Under the pieces are notes generated by a model. That model saw only the letters and a program-made list of their open reading frames with translations, was not told the origin of the DNA and ran no database searches. A DNA stretch of 64,000 nt from an uncultured Hormoscilla sp. Lineage in GTDB: Bacteria > Cyanobacteriota > Cyanobacteriia > Cyanobacteriales > Desertifilaceae. Below are positions 10,668 through 22,180 of the stretch, in pieces. Within the stretch, counting starts at the first letter, position 1. Each line of letters starts with the position of its first letter. Made by a program: the position numbers and the translations under genes. The stretch is taken from contig OZ001293.3 in NCBI GenBank assembly GCA_963921275.4, positions 1,184,001-1,248,000 on the forward strand. The letters are read 5' to 3'.

Positions 10668-12989
10668 CTAACAATTATACTCCCCACAGGCCAGAGGTTG
10701 GGTTTCAGAGGTCAACCCAACCGACAATATAGGCGAATGCAGGAGGGGGCCCTGTGAAAAAAGCCGGAGGCACTGAGCGAAGATCAAGTCCCTGAGGTCG
10801 AGGAACATCTGGTTACCAGTCAAGTTGTCGCCAGAGATTAATATGTCATGCTGGTTACTATCCCAAGTATTCCCTGTCTGTGCTGGGATAGTCACGTTCC
10901 CATTGCCGATGTCTATCCCGCTTGAGGTAATGCTATTGCGATAGAACAATTCCTCGGGGCTAGTAATACTGGCGCTATGGGAGTCGATTTTGTCTATGCT
11001 ATCTTCAAAATCGGTAATGCCCCAGTTGGTTATATCATTTGACGGGCCAATCCTCCCTGGCCCAGGAGTGCCTGTAATGGGGTCTTCCACAGTGACGATA
11101 GTAGGATGAACAATCTTCTGGTTCTCCAGGTTTTCCTGATATATGACATTGCCATTCCCTTCTCCCACAAAAATATCTAGATCCCCGTCTCGATCAATAT
11201 CGACAAGGGTGGGGCTGCTAAAGGACTCTACATTTGCGACTCCAAAGGGGTTCGCTTCGGGTGTCCCGAAAGTGCGATCAAGAGCGGTACCCTGGTTTTC
11301 CTGATATATGACATTGCCATACGTTTCTCCCACAAAAATATCTAGATCCCCGTCTCGATCAATATCGACAAGGGTGGGGCTGCTATCGAGCCCTACATCT
11401 GTGAGTCCAAAGGGGTTCATTTGGGGTGTCCCGAAGGTGGGAGCAAGAGCGGTACCCTGGTTTTCCTGATATATGACATTGCCATCCGATTCTCCCACAA
11501 AAATATCTAGATCCCCGTCTCGATCAATATCGGCAAAGGTGGGGCTGCTAAAGTACCCTACATTTGCGACTCCAAAGGGGTTCGTTTGGGGTGCCCCGAA
11601 AGTGGGATTCTTAGCGGTACCCTGGTTTTCCTGATATATGACATCGCCATTATAGTTTCTCACAAAAAGATATAGATCCCTGTCTTGATCAATATCGGCA
11701 AAGGTGGGGTTGCTATCGTACCCTGCATCTGTGACTCCAAAGGGGTTCCTTTGGGGTGCCCCGAAAGTGGGATTCTTAGCGGTACCCTGGTTTTCCTGAT
11801 ATATGACATTGCCTAGATAGTTTCCCACAAAAATATCTAGATCCCCGTCTTGATCAATATCGACAAAGGTGGGGTTGCTATTGTACCCTGCATCTGTGAG
11901 TCCAAAGGGGTTCCTTTGGGGTGCCCCGAAAGTGGGATCCTTAGCAGTACCCTGGTTTTCCTGATATATGACATTGCCATTCAATTCTTCCACCACAAAA
12001 ATATCTAGATCCCCGTCTCCATCAATATCGACAAAGGTGGGGTTGCTATTGTACCCTACATCTGTGAGTCGAAAGAGGTTCCATTGGGGTGTCCCGAAGT
12101 CTTCCACACTCTTCTGGTTCTCCAGGTTTTCCTGATATATGACATTGCCATTCCTTTCTCCCACAAAAATATCTAGATCCCCGTCTTGATCAATATCGGC
12201 AAAAGTGGGGTTGCTATCGTACCCTACATCTGTGACTCCAAAGGGGTTCGTTTGGCGTGTCCCGAAGGTGAAATTCTTAGCAGTACCCTGGTTTTCCTGA
12301 TATATGACATTGCCATCCAATCTTCCCGCAAAAAGATCTAGATCCCCGTCTCGATCAATATCGACAAGGGTGGGGCTGCTAGAGTTCTCTAAACCTACAT
12401 TTGTGAGTCCAAAGGGGTTCGTTTGGGATTCCCCGAAGGCGGGATCAAGAGCAGTACCCAGGTTTTCTTGATATATGACATCGCCATACGTTTGTCCCAC
12501 AAAAAGATCTAGATCCCCGTCTTGATCAATATCGGCAAGGGTGGGGATGCTAGCGAGCCCTGCATCTGTGATTCCAAAGGGGTTCATTTGGAGTGTCCCG
12601 AAGGCGGGATAAAGAGCGGTACCCAGGTTTTCTTGATATATGACATTGCCCCTCCATTCTCCCACAAAAAAATCTAGATCCCCGTCTCCATCAATATCGG
12701 CAAAGGTAGGGGTGCTAGAGTACCCTCCATTTCCATAAGTATCGGCGGCAAAGATAGGGATGTTAACGAGCCCTCCACCTGTGAGTCCAAAGGGGTTTGT
12801 TTGGCGTGTCCCGAAGGCGGGATAAAGAGCGGTACCCTGGTTTTCCTGATATATGACATTGCCATTAATTACTCCCGCAAAAAGATCTAGATCCCCGTCT
12901 TAATCAATATCGACAAGGGTGGGGCTGCTAAGGTACCCTACATCTGTGAGTCCAAAGGGGTTCCTTTGGGGTGTTCCGAAGGTTAACAT
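10668..12989 (-). pseudogene. FG-GAP/VCBS-like repeat protein, copy B (longest; early nonsense codon)
   Basis: ATG 12989 matches the copy A start; CAA>TAA at 12900-12902; about 11 repeats; the TAG of the other copies is CAG at about 10775, giving read-through. Confidence 0.8.
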
Positions 12990-13184
12990 TGTCTTTCTCC
13001 TTTTTCAATTCGATTTGGATTATTTGATTACGCTACGCGAATGCGCTGCTCGTCCCGTAAGGGATACGCCAATCTTCCCTGCTAACAATTATACTCCCCA
13101 CAGGCCAGAGGTTGGGTTTCAGAGGTCAACCCAACCGACAATATAGGCGAATGCAGGAGGGGGCCCTGTGAAAAAAGCCGGAGG

Positions 13185-13398
13185 CACTAAGCGAAGATCA
13201 AGTCGCTGGGGTCGAGGAACATCTGGTTACCAGTCAAGTTGTCGCCATAGACTGATAGGAGTTGCCGGTGATTTCTCCAACGGTTCTCCGTCTGTCCGAC
13301 TACGGTCATGTTCCCATTTCGGCAAAGGTGGGGCTGCTAAAGTCCGCTACATCTGTGAGTCCAAAGAGGTTCCTTTGGGGTGATCCGAAGATTTGCAT
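13185..13398 (-). pseudogene. FG-GAP repeat gene copy C, internally deleted
   Basis: Start MQIFGSPQRNLFGLTDV..SSPTFA joined through about 75 nt of unrelated sequence to the shared 3' end and downstream flank. Confidence 0.7.
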
Positions 13399-13519
13399 TA
13401 TCTTTCTCCTTTTTCAATTCGATTTGTATTATTTGATTACAGGTAGACCTTAATTTGAGTATGACGTATAGGCTACGATGTAATCTGTCAGCGCCGGTCC
13501 CTCCCCCCTCTCCTCCCTA

Positions 13520-13858
13520 CCATTCACCCTTTAACTATAGCACTAAAATCTGCTAACACGCAATGATTTCGCAGTAACCTCAGCAAATTCATGCGGTTGC
13601 GCCGAATTTCCGGTCTTATCCATCACTAAAACGCTGTCTTCGCCGTCAGGGGCAAGTTTAGCATTTCAATTATAGTCCGGGCTGAGTCTAGGGCGTTTCT
13701 GCCAGATATCTGAGATTTTACCGACTCGGACAAGGTTTTGCCGTAGCGATGCGCGATCGCCTGGTAGACTCGATCGTAAATCGGTTCCGTGTCTAGCAGC
13801 AGACCATCTAGATCGTAAATGACGTGAGTAATTTTTTTGAAGTCAGGCATGGGCAGAT
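13520..13858 (-). pseudogene. Chimera of HAD hydrolase 5' end and glyS 3' end
   Basis: 13646-13858 matches 8923-9138; 13520-13648 is a diverged copy of 5831-5963. Confidence 0.85.
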
Positions 13859-13868
13859 GTCAGGTAAC

Positions 13869-14328
13869 TCAGGTTTGTGGTAATTCTAGGCTAAAACTCC
13901 AGCCATGTTGCTTGAAGCCCAAAGATTCGTAAAAGGCATGGGCCAGCATGGGCCCGATCGCGCTTCAGGTTAGAGGAGAGAGTTATTTTATAACATCCCG
14001 CCGCAGCACAAAGTTTGATTGCTACTTTCATCATCTCCGTACCTATCCCTTGACTCCGATAATGGGGGGAAATGGTCACAGCATCCAAGATAGCAAACTT
14101 ATGAAAACCTCTGTGCATCATCGTGGGCAGATACAACAGACTAAACGTACCTACAACCTCACCATCAAGAGAGGCAAGATAAACGTGATAGTCAGGCACA
14201 TTCGCCATTTCCGCCCAGATTTGGGACGCCTTCTCTTGGGGTATAGGAGGTTTTCCATCCATTTCCCCATAGAGGCGAATAAGAGTCTGCAAATCGGCAC
14301 GGGTAGCAAGGCATATATCGAGTTTCAT
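13869..14328 (-). pseudogene. GNAT acetyltransferase frameshifted by a 10-bp duplication
   Basis: YRSQGIG motif A; GCATGGGCC repeated at about 13936-13954; the tail HAFYESLGFKQHGWSFSLELPQT* is in the shifted frame. Confidence 0.8.
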
Positions 14329-14990
14329 GTTGCAGTATTGGGGCGAAACAATAAGCTCAACTCGAAATCATCTGAGAACTTCAGTTTTTCTTCGAGCATA
14401 TAGCCGAAATGTTCGTACATGAGTATATTCTGTTGGGTATCGGTTTCCACCCACACTCCCGTTGAGGTGGGGTGGGACTCAGATAAGGCGTGAATGCGAT
14501 CGAGCAATTGGCGGCCATAGCCCCGGCCCTGAAAATTCGGGTGAACGGCGATCATCACCAGGTGGTAATAGGGTGCGGTAGGGTAATGTGGTTCTATAGC
14601 TATCATCAATCTTAGCAGCCGCCAGACAGCAGGCAATCCTGCTCCCAGAGTTAGCCGCACTAGCAGTCGCAGTGCGCCCCAAGGATCCGCTTTGACTGCG
14701 GGCTCGTAGATGGCGGCCAGGCCAATAACTCGATCCTCCAGCATGACTGTCAACAGCGGCTGTTCGGTAGCAACGAGCATATCCAATAACAGCCGGAAGT
14801 ACAGGTGGGTGACTTGCCGTTTGCGATCAGGTAGCGTGCGCGCAGCGCGATCGCCCGCTACCCAAAAGAGGTAGTCGATCAGAGGCTGGGCAGTGAAAGT
14901 GTCAGCCAGCAGTTGAGTTACTTCATCATGTCTGGAGGCAGGAAGATCCATAACTCTAGCGGCATGGTTGGATCTGTCTGAAGCGGTCAT
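14325..14990 (-). CDS. GNAT acetyltransferase
   Basis: IAVHPNFQGRGYG, ETDTQQNILMYEHFGY; likely start MTASD at 14990. Confidence 0.85.
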   Translation of the reverse strand: MTASDRSNHAARVMDLPASRHDEVTQLLADTFTAQPLIDYLFWVAGDRAARTLPDRKRQVTHLYFRLLLDMLVATEQPLLTVMLEDRVIGLAAIYEPAVKADPWGALRLLVRLTLGAGLPAVWRLLRLMIAIEPHYPTAPYYHLVMIAVHPNFQGRGYGRQLLDRIHALSESHPTSTGVWVETDTQQNILMYEHFGYMLEEKLKFSDDFELSLLFRPNTAT

Positions 14991-15082
14991 GGGATCTCTA
15001 GATGACTCAAGGGATGTGAATTGACAAGGCAGATTTTGATATGATATAGCAATACAATACTTCACCCATAAGGAGGCTTGTA

Positions 15083-16402
15083 GTGGTAAGGATTCTCCGA
15101 CTCGACCAGATGACATCAGCTGAACTCTCTTCGTTGAAAAGGCGAGCGGAGTTGGATATCGAAAAGGCACTTACGGTTGCCAAAGAGGTGATTGACAAGA
15201 TTCGCCAACAGTCCGATGCGGGAGTATTGGAATATGTCCGCAAGTTTGACTTTCCCGAGGCCCAACTGGATAACCTCAAGGTGAGCGATCGGGAGTTTGC
15301 TGCTGCCCGCGAGGCCATAGATCCGGAAATTAAATCGGCGATCGAACAAGCATTTGCCAATATCTGGGAAGTTCACCAGGGCCAGATGCCGGAGGAAATG
15401 CGACTGGCAGAAGTTGATACGGGAGTATTTGCGGGAGAAAAGGTGACCCCTGTAGTAAGTGCGGGACTGTACGTTCCCAGAGGTAAGGGCGCTTTCCCTT
15501 CGGTGATGCTGATGCTGACTGTCCCGGCGATGGTGGCCGAGGTCCAAAAGGTTATCGTCTGTACGCCTCCCGATAAACGGGGCAATGTCGAACCTGCTTC
15601 CCTTGTAGCTGCCGAGATGGCAGGTGTCAAGGATATCTATAAGCTGGGGGGAATACAGGCGATCGCGGCCATGGCGTTAGGTACGGAAACTATCCCTAAA
15701 GTTGACAAGATCACGGGTCCGTGCAATATCTACGGTTCGGCAGCTAAGCGACTATTATACGGCACGGTGGACGTGGGACTGCCCGCTGGACCCAGCGAGT
15801 CGATTATTTTGACAGACGAACATACCGATCCGCAGTTAGCGGCACTGGATCTGTTAATAGAAGCGGAACATGGTCCGGACTCCGCCGCCCTGTTAGTAAC
15901 TCACTCGGAAGCAGTTGCCCATCTAGCAGCAGAGTACGTACCTAATTATCTCAAAAAGCTGCCCGACTGGCGCCGGGAATTCTGTGAAGCTTCTCTTTCA
16001 TCCTATGGCGGCATCTTGCTGACTTCTAGCTTAGCAGAGTCGATCGCCTTTGTCAACGACTATGCCCCGGAACATCTGGAAGTACTAGTCAAGGATCCTT
16101 TGAGTATTATCGGACAAATTAAGAATGCGGGTGAGATTTTGCTCGGTCCCTACACCCCCATTCCTACAGCTAACTACTGTCTGGGTGTCAATGCTATTCT
16201 CCCAACTGGAGGTTTTGCCCGATCATACTCTGCTGTTTCTGTCTGGGACTTTCTCAAGCGATCGGGCATCGGCTATCTGACCAAAGAAGGGTTCGATCGC
16301 TTGCAGCATACAACTCAAACTTTAGCAGATTATGAGGGATTTCCTGCCCACGCCATGGCCATTCGCGAACGGGAACATCTGTTAAAAACAAACCAGGATT
16401 AA
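15083..16402 (+). CDS. hisD: Histidinol dehydrogenase
   Basis: GLYVPRGK, GGIQAIAA, PAGPSE, EAEHG, YAPEHLE, NAGEILLG. Confidence 0.92.
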   Translation: MVRILRLDQMTSAELSSLKRRAELDIEKALTVAKEVIDKIRQQSDAGVLEYVRKFDFPEAQLDNLKVSDREFAAAREAIDPEIKSAIEQAFANIWEVHQGQMPEEMRLAEVDTGVFAGEKVTPVVSAGLYVPRGKGAFPSVMLMLTVPAMVAEVQKVIVCTPPDKRGNVEPASLVAAEMAGVKDIYKLGGIQAIAAMALGTETIPKVDKITGPCNIYGSAAKRLLYGTVDVGLPAGPSESIILTDEHTDPQLAALDLLIEAEHGPDSAALLVTHSEAVAHLAAEYVPNYLKKLPDWRREFCEASLSSYGGILLTSSLAESIAFVNDYAPEHLEVLVKDPLSIIGQIKNAGEILLGPYTPIPTANYCLGVNAILPTGGFARSYSAVSVWDFLKRSGIGYLTKEGFDRLQHTTQTLADYEGFPAHAMAIREREHLLKTNQD

Positions 16403-16789
16403 ATTATTGGGTGGGCCCTGCCCACCTGCCTTCTCATCCCAAATACAAATTACCGAGTCAAGCCAAGAGTCATAGCAGTTACAGCAGTTTTCATATCATC
16501 TTCTCTCTGATAATCAATCCTGAGTCGAGGTTAGTTCTAATTTTATATCTTACACCTCCTGGAGCAGCTCGGGCTTGCTATAATTTCAAATAACTCAATA
16601 TCTACGCTGTAATTATATTTATTGACTCCCTTGCAGATATAATGAGTAACAGTGTGAAATATAAAATATAGTTCGCAGTAGCGCTGCGTACTCTTCGTAT
16701 ACACAGTTAGGGCAGTTCTAGGATACTTTTACTTCAACCGGCACCTACTAGCTAGTTGCTAATCTGTGTCCCACTGTTGGAGTTGGAAA

Positions 16790-17110
16790 CTTCTCTGCTG
16801 GGGTTTAAGACCTCTCTGCTGAGGTTTAAGACCTCTCTGTTGAGGTTTAAAACCTCTCTGTTAAGGTTTTAAACCTCTCTGTTGGGGTTTAAAACCTCTC
16901 TGTTGAGGTTTTAAACCTCTCTGTTTCTCTTAAGGTTTTAAACCTCTCTGTTGGGGTTTAAAACCTCTCTGTTGGGGTTTAGACCTCTCTGTTGGGGTTT
17001 AAAACCTCTCTGCTGGAGTTTAAGACCTCTCTGTTGGGGTTTAAGACCTCTCTGTTGGGGTTTAAAACCTCTCTGTTGGGGTTTAAAACCTCTCTGCTGG
17101 GGTTTAAAAC
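16790..17110. repeat. 21-bp tandem repeat array, about 14 copies (AAACCTCTCTGTTGGGGTTTA)
   Basis: Head-to-tail units with no spacers. Confidence 0.92.
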
Positions 17111-17271
17111 GGGTCTTGTACCTCGTTGACAACGATTCACTGTTCCCTGTGAGCCGTTTTTGTAATAAAGCCCGCGCAGGCGGGCTTTGTTCGTGTAGCC
17201 GGACCCTTTAGGGTTCGGGCCGGGGGGTGTGGTCAAAACCCGTCGATCTAACATGGGTCCTCCCAGTCGTC

Positions 17272-17346
17272 GGATCCCCCAAAACCCCCCTTTTTAAGGG
17301 GGGCTTCCATAGCCCCCCCTTTTGGAAGGGGGGTTTGGGGAGATCC
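17272..17346. repeat. REP-like palindrome (CCCCCCTTTTTAAGGGGGG type)
   Basis: Nested inverted repeats GATCCCCCAAAACCCCCC...GGGGGGTTTGGGGAGATC. Confidence 0.65.
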
Positions 17347-17447
17347 CTATGCAACAAATGCATGACCACACCCCGGGCCGGGCGGCGACTCTGGTACAAT
17401 GGATGAGGAAATGCACCGAAAGCAGTGAGACTTAGGGAGGTAGAAAG

Positions 17448-17645
17448 TTGACCGGTCTAGATCCATTGAGCAATCCATTTTTCTGGAAAAAAGGCTTTGA
17501 CGACATTACCGAGGTCTGGGGTAATATTAGCCAATTATTCAAAAATAAGCAGCAAGCTAGGAAGGCATCCAAACAATACGCAAGCAAATATCTGGACAAG
17601 TATGGCACGATTAAGCTGCTGGGAATGTCCGACCCTATACCACTG
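17448..17645 (+). pseudogene. N-terminal fragment resembling cyanobacterial NACHT proteins, cut by a repeat
   Basis: KASKQYASKYLDKYGTIKLLGMSDPIPL runs into the GTCGGTTTTAACCGAC palindrome element (17645-17712, related copy 54077-54146). Confidence 0.45.
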
Positions 17646-17941
17646 TCGGTTTTAACCGACATAAAGCCGAGTTCCCTGGCTCCGCTTGGGAACTCGGGGG
17701 GGGTTTGAACCCTCGCTATCTCGTGGGTAGTGCGAGTACGATGCTTCCCGGGTAGTGCGGTTACGATGTTTCCTGGGTAGTGCGATTAGCGCGGGAAACA
17801 TCGAGCGACTGGGGAACATCGGGCGACCACGAGATAAAGTTCGGGTGAGGATGAGTGATTGATGATAAGATTAAACTGCCTCTAATAAGAAGATCCAATG
17901 AGAATAAGGACAGTTTCCGCTGAATCAAGAGAAAATCACCC

Positions 17942-19387
17942 ATGACAACATCGACTCGCCTGCGGTATCTGGAGCGTACTCTTGTCCTTCAGGACATGCG
18001 CTGCGCGCCCAGCGTAGCGCCATCGGCACGCTCCAGACACCGCTATCACATCACCACATTCGGCTGCCAGATGAACAAGGCCGACTCGGAGCGCATGGCA
18101 GGTATACTGGAAAATATGGGCTTTGAGTGGTCAGAAGATCCCAACCAGGCGGAGTTAATCCTCTACAACACCTGTACGATTCGGGATAACGCGGAACAAA
18201 AGGTTTATTCTTACCTAGGCAGACAGGCGAAGCGCAAGCAAGAACAGCCCGGTCTCACCCTAGTAGTTGCCGGTTGTGTGGCCCAGCAAGCAGGAGAAGC
18301 ACTGTTGCGGCGAGTGCCAGAATTAGACTTAGTGATGGGACCGCAACATGCCAACCGCCTGGACTCGTTGCTAGAACAGGTATTTGATGGGAATCAGGTA
18401 GTGGCCACAGAACCCATTCACATCATGGAAGATATCACTAAGCCGCGTCGGGACAGCAGAGTGACAGCTTGGGTGAATGTAATTTATGGCTGCAACGAAC
18501 GCTGTACTTATTGTGTCGTACCCAATGTCCGAGGTGTAGAACAATCCCGCAGGCCAGAAGCAATTCGCGCGGAAATGACAGAAATAGGGCGCAGTGGCTA
18601 TAAAGAAGTGACCCTGCTGGGGCAAAATATCGATGCTTACGGACGGGACTTACCAGGCGTGACGGCAGAGGGGCGTCACAAGCATACCTTTACAGACTTG
18701 CTGTACTTCGTGCATGACGTGCCCAGAATCGATCGCATCCGTTTTGCCACCAGCCATCCTCGCTATTTTACCGAAAGATTGATTAAAGCTTGTGCGGAAT
18801 TGCCCAAAGTATGCGAACATTTCCACATACCCTTTCAGTCGGGGGATAACGATATCCTCAAGGCCATGGCCCGGGGTTATACCCATGAGAAATATCGGCG
18901 GATTATCGATAAAATTCGGGCCCTGATGCCAGATGCGGCAATTACGGCGGATGCGATTGCGGGATTTCCCGGGGAGACAGAAGCGCAGTTTGAAAATACC
19001 TTAAAATTGGTGGACGATATTGGGTTCGACCAGTTGAATACAGCGGCCTATTCGCCGCGTCCGGGAACCCCCGCCGCCTTATGGCAAAATCAAGTCAGCG
19101 AGGAAGTAAAGGGCGATCGACTGCAACGTCTGAATCATCTAGTGGCGAGGAAAGCAGCAGAACGTTCGCAACGGTATATGGGAAGGATAGAAGAGGTGCT
19201 GGTGGAAGATAAAAATCCCAAAAATGACCGTCAAGTAATGGGAAGGACGAGATCGAATCGCCTAACTTTCTGCGATTTCTCGGACCGTCCGCGGGCCGTG
19301 GGCGACCTGGAGGAATTAAAGGGTCAGTTGGTTAGGGTGAAAATTACGGATGTGCGGGCATTTAGCCTAACGGGCGATCTGGTTTAG
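17942..19387 (+). CDS. miaB: tRNA-2-methylthio-N6-dimethylallyladenosine synthase
   Basis: [32 protein letters not shown] radical-SAM motif, TRAM domain. Confidence 0.96.
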   Translation: MTTSTRLRYLERTLVLQDMRCAPSVAPSARSRHRYHITTFGCQMNKADSERMAGILENMGFEWSEDPNQAELILYNTCTIRDNAEQKVYSYLGRQAKRKQEQPGLTLVVAGCVAQQAGEALLRRVPELDLVMGPQHANRLDSLLEQVFDGNQVVATEPIHIMEDITKPRRDSRVTAWVNVIYGCNERCTYCVVPNVRGVEQSRRPEAIRAEMTEIGRSGYKEVTLLGQNIDAYGRDLPGVTAEGRHKHTFTDLLYFVHDVPRIDRIRFATSHPRYFTERLIKACAELPKVCEHFHIPFQSGDNDILKAMARGYTHEKYRRIIDKIRALMPDAAITADAIAGFPGETEAQFENTLKLVDDIGFDQLNTAAYSPRPGTPAALWQNQVSEEVKGDRLQRLNHLVARKAAERSQRYMGRIEEVLVEDKNPKNDRQVMGRTRSNRLTFCDFSDRPRAVGDLEELKGQLVRVKITDVRAFSLTGDLV

Positions 19388-19743
19388 CAGTTCGTAGGTT
19401 GGGTTGAGGCACGAAACACAACCGATGCATCTTAGCGTTTGCAGGTTCGTAGTAGTTAAGCAAATGTTAGGGAATCAGGGGGCGAATGCGCTGCGCGTCC
19501 CGTAAGGGATACGGGTTAACATTGTCAATCAAGAAACCAGGTTTCTTGATTGACAATTGAGATGCATCCTAGAGATCGCCCAAGACAGGAAATGATTAGC
19601 GATCGATCTAATCAGAGGCAAAGTTAGCTGCCAATCTTGTTTCGTTCGCATCTGACCATTGTTGATTATTGATTCAATAAGCAAGGAGACAAAATCATTA
19701 GAAAAGTTGAAGTGAGGGTGCAGTCGAGAAAAAACGCGATATA

Positions 19744-20838
19744 ATGGAGATAGTAGGAAAAAGAGGAGGAGTGATGGAGAAACGGCGAGTAGGACTGCTG
19801 TTTGGCGGTTGTTCGGGAGAACATGAAGTCTCAATAGCCTCAGCAAGGGCGATCGCCAGTGCGCTGTCAGAGTCCGAAAACACCAGCAAGTACGAACTAT
19901 GGCCAGTATACATCCAAAAGGATGGCATCTGGCAAGCAGTCCAAAGGGCCCGGCAGGTGCTAGAATCGGGTAAACCACAAGAGATGAGTTCTGGCAGATC
20001 CCTGTGGGAATTTCCTCCGGGTATGGAAAAAATAGATGTCTGGTTTCCCATCCTCCACGGTCCCAATGGGGAAGATGGCACGGTGCAAGGCTTGCTGAAA
20101 TTAATGCAAGTTGCCTGTGTGGGGACGGGGGTGCTGGGTTCGGCCCTGGGTATGGATAAGATTGCGATGAAAATGATATTTGCCCGAACAGGCTTGCCCC
20201 AGGTAAAGTATAGATCGGTTAATCGCGCCGATATATGGTCCAATCCTTGCGTGTTCCCGAAACTATGCGATCGCCTGGAAGATGCTTTGGGCTATCCCTG
20301 CTTTGTCAAACCAGCGAATTTAGGGTCATCGGTGGGCATTAGTAAGGTGCGATCGCGGGCTGAGTTAGAAGCGGCCCTGGATAATGCCGCTACCTATGAC
20401 AGACGTATAGTAGTAGAAGCAGCGGCGAACTACGGGCGGGAACTGGAATGTGCTGTTTTAGGCAACGATCGACCCAAAGCTTCTGTAGTAGGGGAGATTA
20501 CTTATAAAAGTGATTTCTATGACTATGAAACAAAATACATAGCGGGGAAAGCAGATTTAACCATACCAGCGCCGGTCCCAGCTGAAGTTGCTGCTAAGAT
20601 CCAGGAAATGGCCCTGCAAGCATTTGCGGCTATAGACGCAGCGGGTCTAGCAAGGGTAGACTTTTTCTATGTGGAAGCCACAGGGGCAGTCTTAATTAAT
20701 GAAATCAACACCCTGCCAGGGTTTACGGCCACCAGCATGTATCCTCAATTATGGGCGCAAACAGGCGTGTCTTTCCCTCAATTGGTAGACCAGTTGATTC
20801 AATTGGCCCTGGAACGACATTCCGGAAAAAGCCAGTAA
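19744..20838 (+). CDS. ddl: D-alanine--D-alanine ligase
   Basis: [45 protein letters not shown]. Confidence 0.96.
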   Translation: MEIVGKRGGVMEKRRVGLLFGGCSGEHEVSIASARAIASALSESENTSKYELWPVYIQKDGIWQAVQRARQVLESGKPQEMSSGRSLWEFPPGMEKIDVWFPILHGPNGEDGTVQGLLKLMQVACVGTGVLGSALGMDKIAMKMIFARTGLPQVKYRSVNRADIWSNPCVFPKLCDRLEDALGYPCFVKPANLGSSVGISKVRSRAELEAALDNAATYDRRIVVEAAANYGRELECAVLGNDRPKASVVGEITYKSDFYDYETKYIAGKADLTIPAPVPAEVAAKIQEMALQAFAAIDAAGLARVDFFYVEATGAVLINEINTLPGFTATSMYPQLWAQTGVSFPQLVDQLIQLALERHSGKSQ

Positions 20839-21112
20839 TTATACTTTGAAAAGGATGGCGCTGCGCGTCCCGTAAGGGATACGACGAGCGCAAAATGGTG
20901 AAGTTGGTGTCATTGCTCGGGAGGCTTTTAAAGCAGTAACTGTGATATGTTTTACTGTCAGAGGGGTGTTACTCATATGCTAAAAAGGATCTCGAAATTT
21001 AGCTCCCCCCTTGCTCCGGACAGATTGGCTGCATTCTGAAGTGCAGTTCCTGACAGTTCGCAGTATATAGTGATTAGTTCTTGGTCCATAGGCTAGGACA
21101 AAAGGAGAATGT

Positions 21113-22000
21113 TTGATGAACAAAATGCTAGATAAAAGACTAGAACAGCGCCCGCTCCTAATGCTATTTAAGCAGATCGGGACTAGCCCCCTATTTATTT
21201 GGGGCGGACTGTTGACATTAATATTATCAGTTGCTAACATGGCTATCCAGGAACTGACGAGTCCAGGGCCCAGAGAACTAGCAGAAATTGCCGCTTCCCC
21301 AGTCCAGTCTGAGGCAGCAGAGATTTCTCCCCAGACAGATGAGGCCCTGCCCCTATGGTTATTTGGCGCGATCGCGATTGGTTGTGCCAGTGGTTCCTGG
21401 TTAATTTCCCAACAAATTAACCTTCGGCCAATGCTTGCCAATTGTATGGGTGCTATGGGCACGCGGCCTTTTCTGGGACAGGTGCGCCGACCCCTTCGTC
21501 TAACTAGGTCTCGAGCAACATTGGCCCAGCGGGAGGCGACAGAGTCAGGCAGAATTTTGTCCAAAATGGAGCGATCACGCCCGGCGGAAGTCACCAGGGT
21601 TCCGCAACAGACAAGAAGGTCTCAGGCACCACTCACCTGGTGTACCCGGGGAGCGCTACTCGCACTACCCCGGGCACACCGCCCAGAGGTCTCGCGGGCC
21701 ACAATTAGACGGCGATGTCTCCTGGGTAGTACGAATAGTGCTCCCAGGAGACATCGAAGCTCATATATGACGGGCCAATTACAGCAAGCACTTAGAACTC
21801 ACGGGCCACAAAAAGAAGAGGTGCAGATGCCCTCGACATGGCCGCCAAAGCAAAGGCGAAACGTTGTGGTGCCAGATCTTGAGAATTTGAAAAGCGATCG
21901 GACCTTTGGTGGCGATGGGAAACGAGGTGAAAAAAATATGGCCGAGATGATGGATATTCGCAAAAGGCAGTCGCTCGCTTCTGTGGTCCGAAATATATAA
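21113..22000 (+). CDS. Hypothetical membrane protein carrying two in-frame hairpin inserts
   Basis: Two hydrophobic segments; C-terminal MAEMMDIRKRQSL; hairpins at 21639-21680 and 21713-21756. Confidence 0.6.
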   Translation: MMNKMLDKRLEQRPLLMLFKQIGTSPLFIWGGLLTLILSVANMAIQELTSPGPRELAEIAASPVQSEAAEISPQTDEALPLWLFGAIAIGCASGSWLISQQINLRPMLANCMGAMGTRPFLGQVRRPLRLTRSRATLAQREATESGRILSKMERSRPAEVTRVPQQTRRSQAPLTWCTRGALLALPRAHRPEVSRATIRRRCLLGSTNSAPRRHRSSYMTGQLQQALRTHGPQKEEVQMPSTWPPKQRRNVVVPDLENLKSDRTFGGDGKRGEKNMAEMMDIRKRQSLASVVRNI

Positions 22001-22180
22001 TTGTTGAAAAGTGCAAAATCTTATTGGATGATTGAATCAGAGATCCTCAGACTGGCAGGTAAGCAGGTAAACTAGCGACGCGAAATTATATGTCAATTTT
22101 ATGAAAAAACACGAAATACTTACATACCAATATCGCCCTATCGATTGCTGGTGGGCGATGCCCACCCTACCGGTTCCCAC

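Noticed and set aside
9475..12989. 168-bp repeats as a non-coding array
   Set aside because: They are in-frame protein repeats with DxDxDGDLD motifs.
16790..17110. CRISPR array or real heptapeptide-repeat ORFs
   Set aside because: Units are contiguous with no unique spacers and no cas genes are present; the ORFs arise from the 21-nt period.
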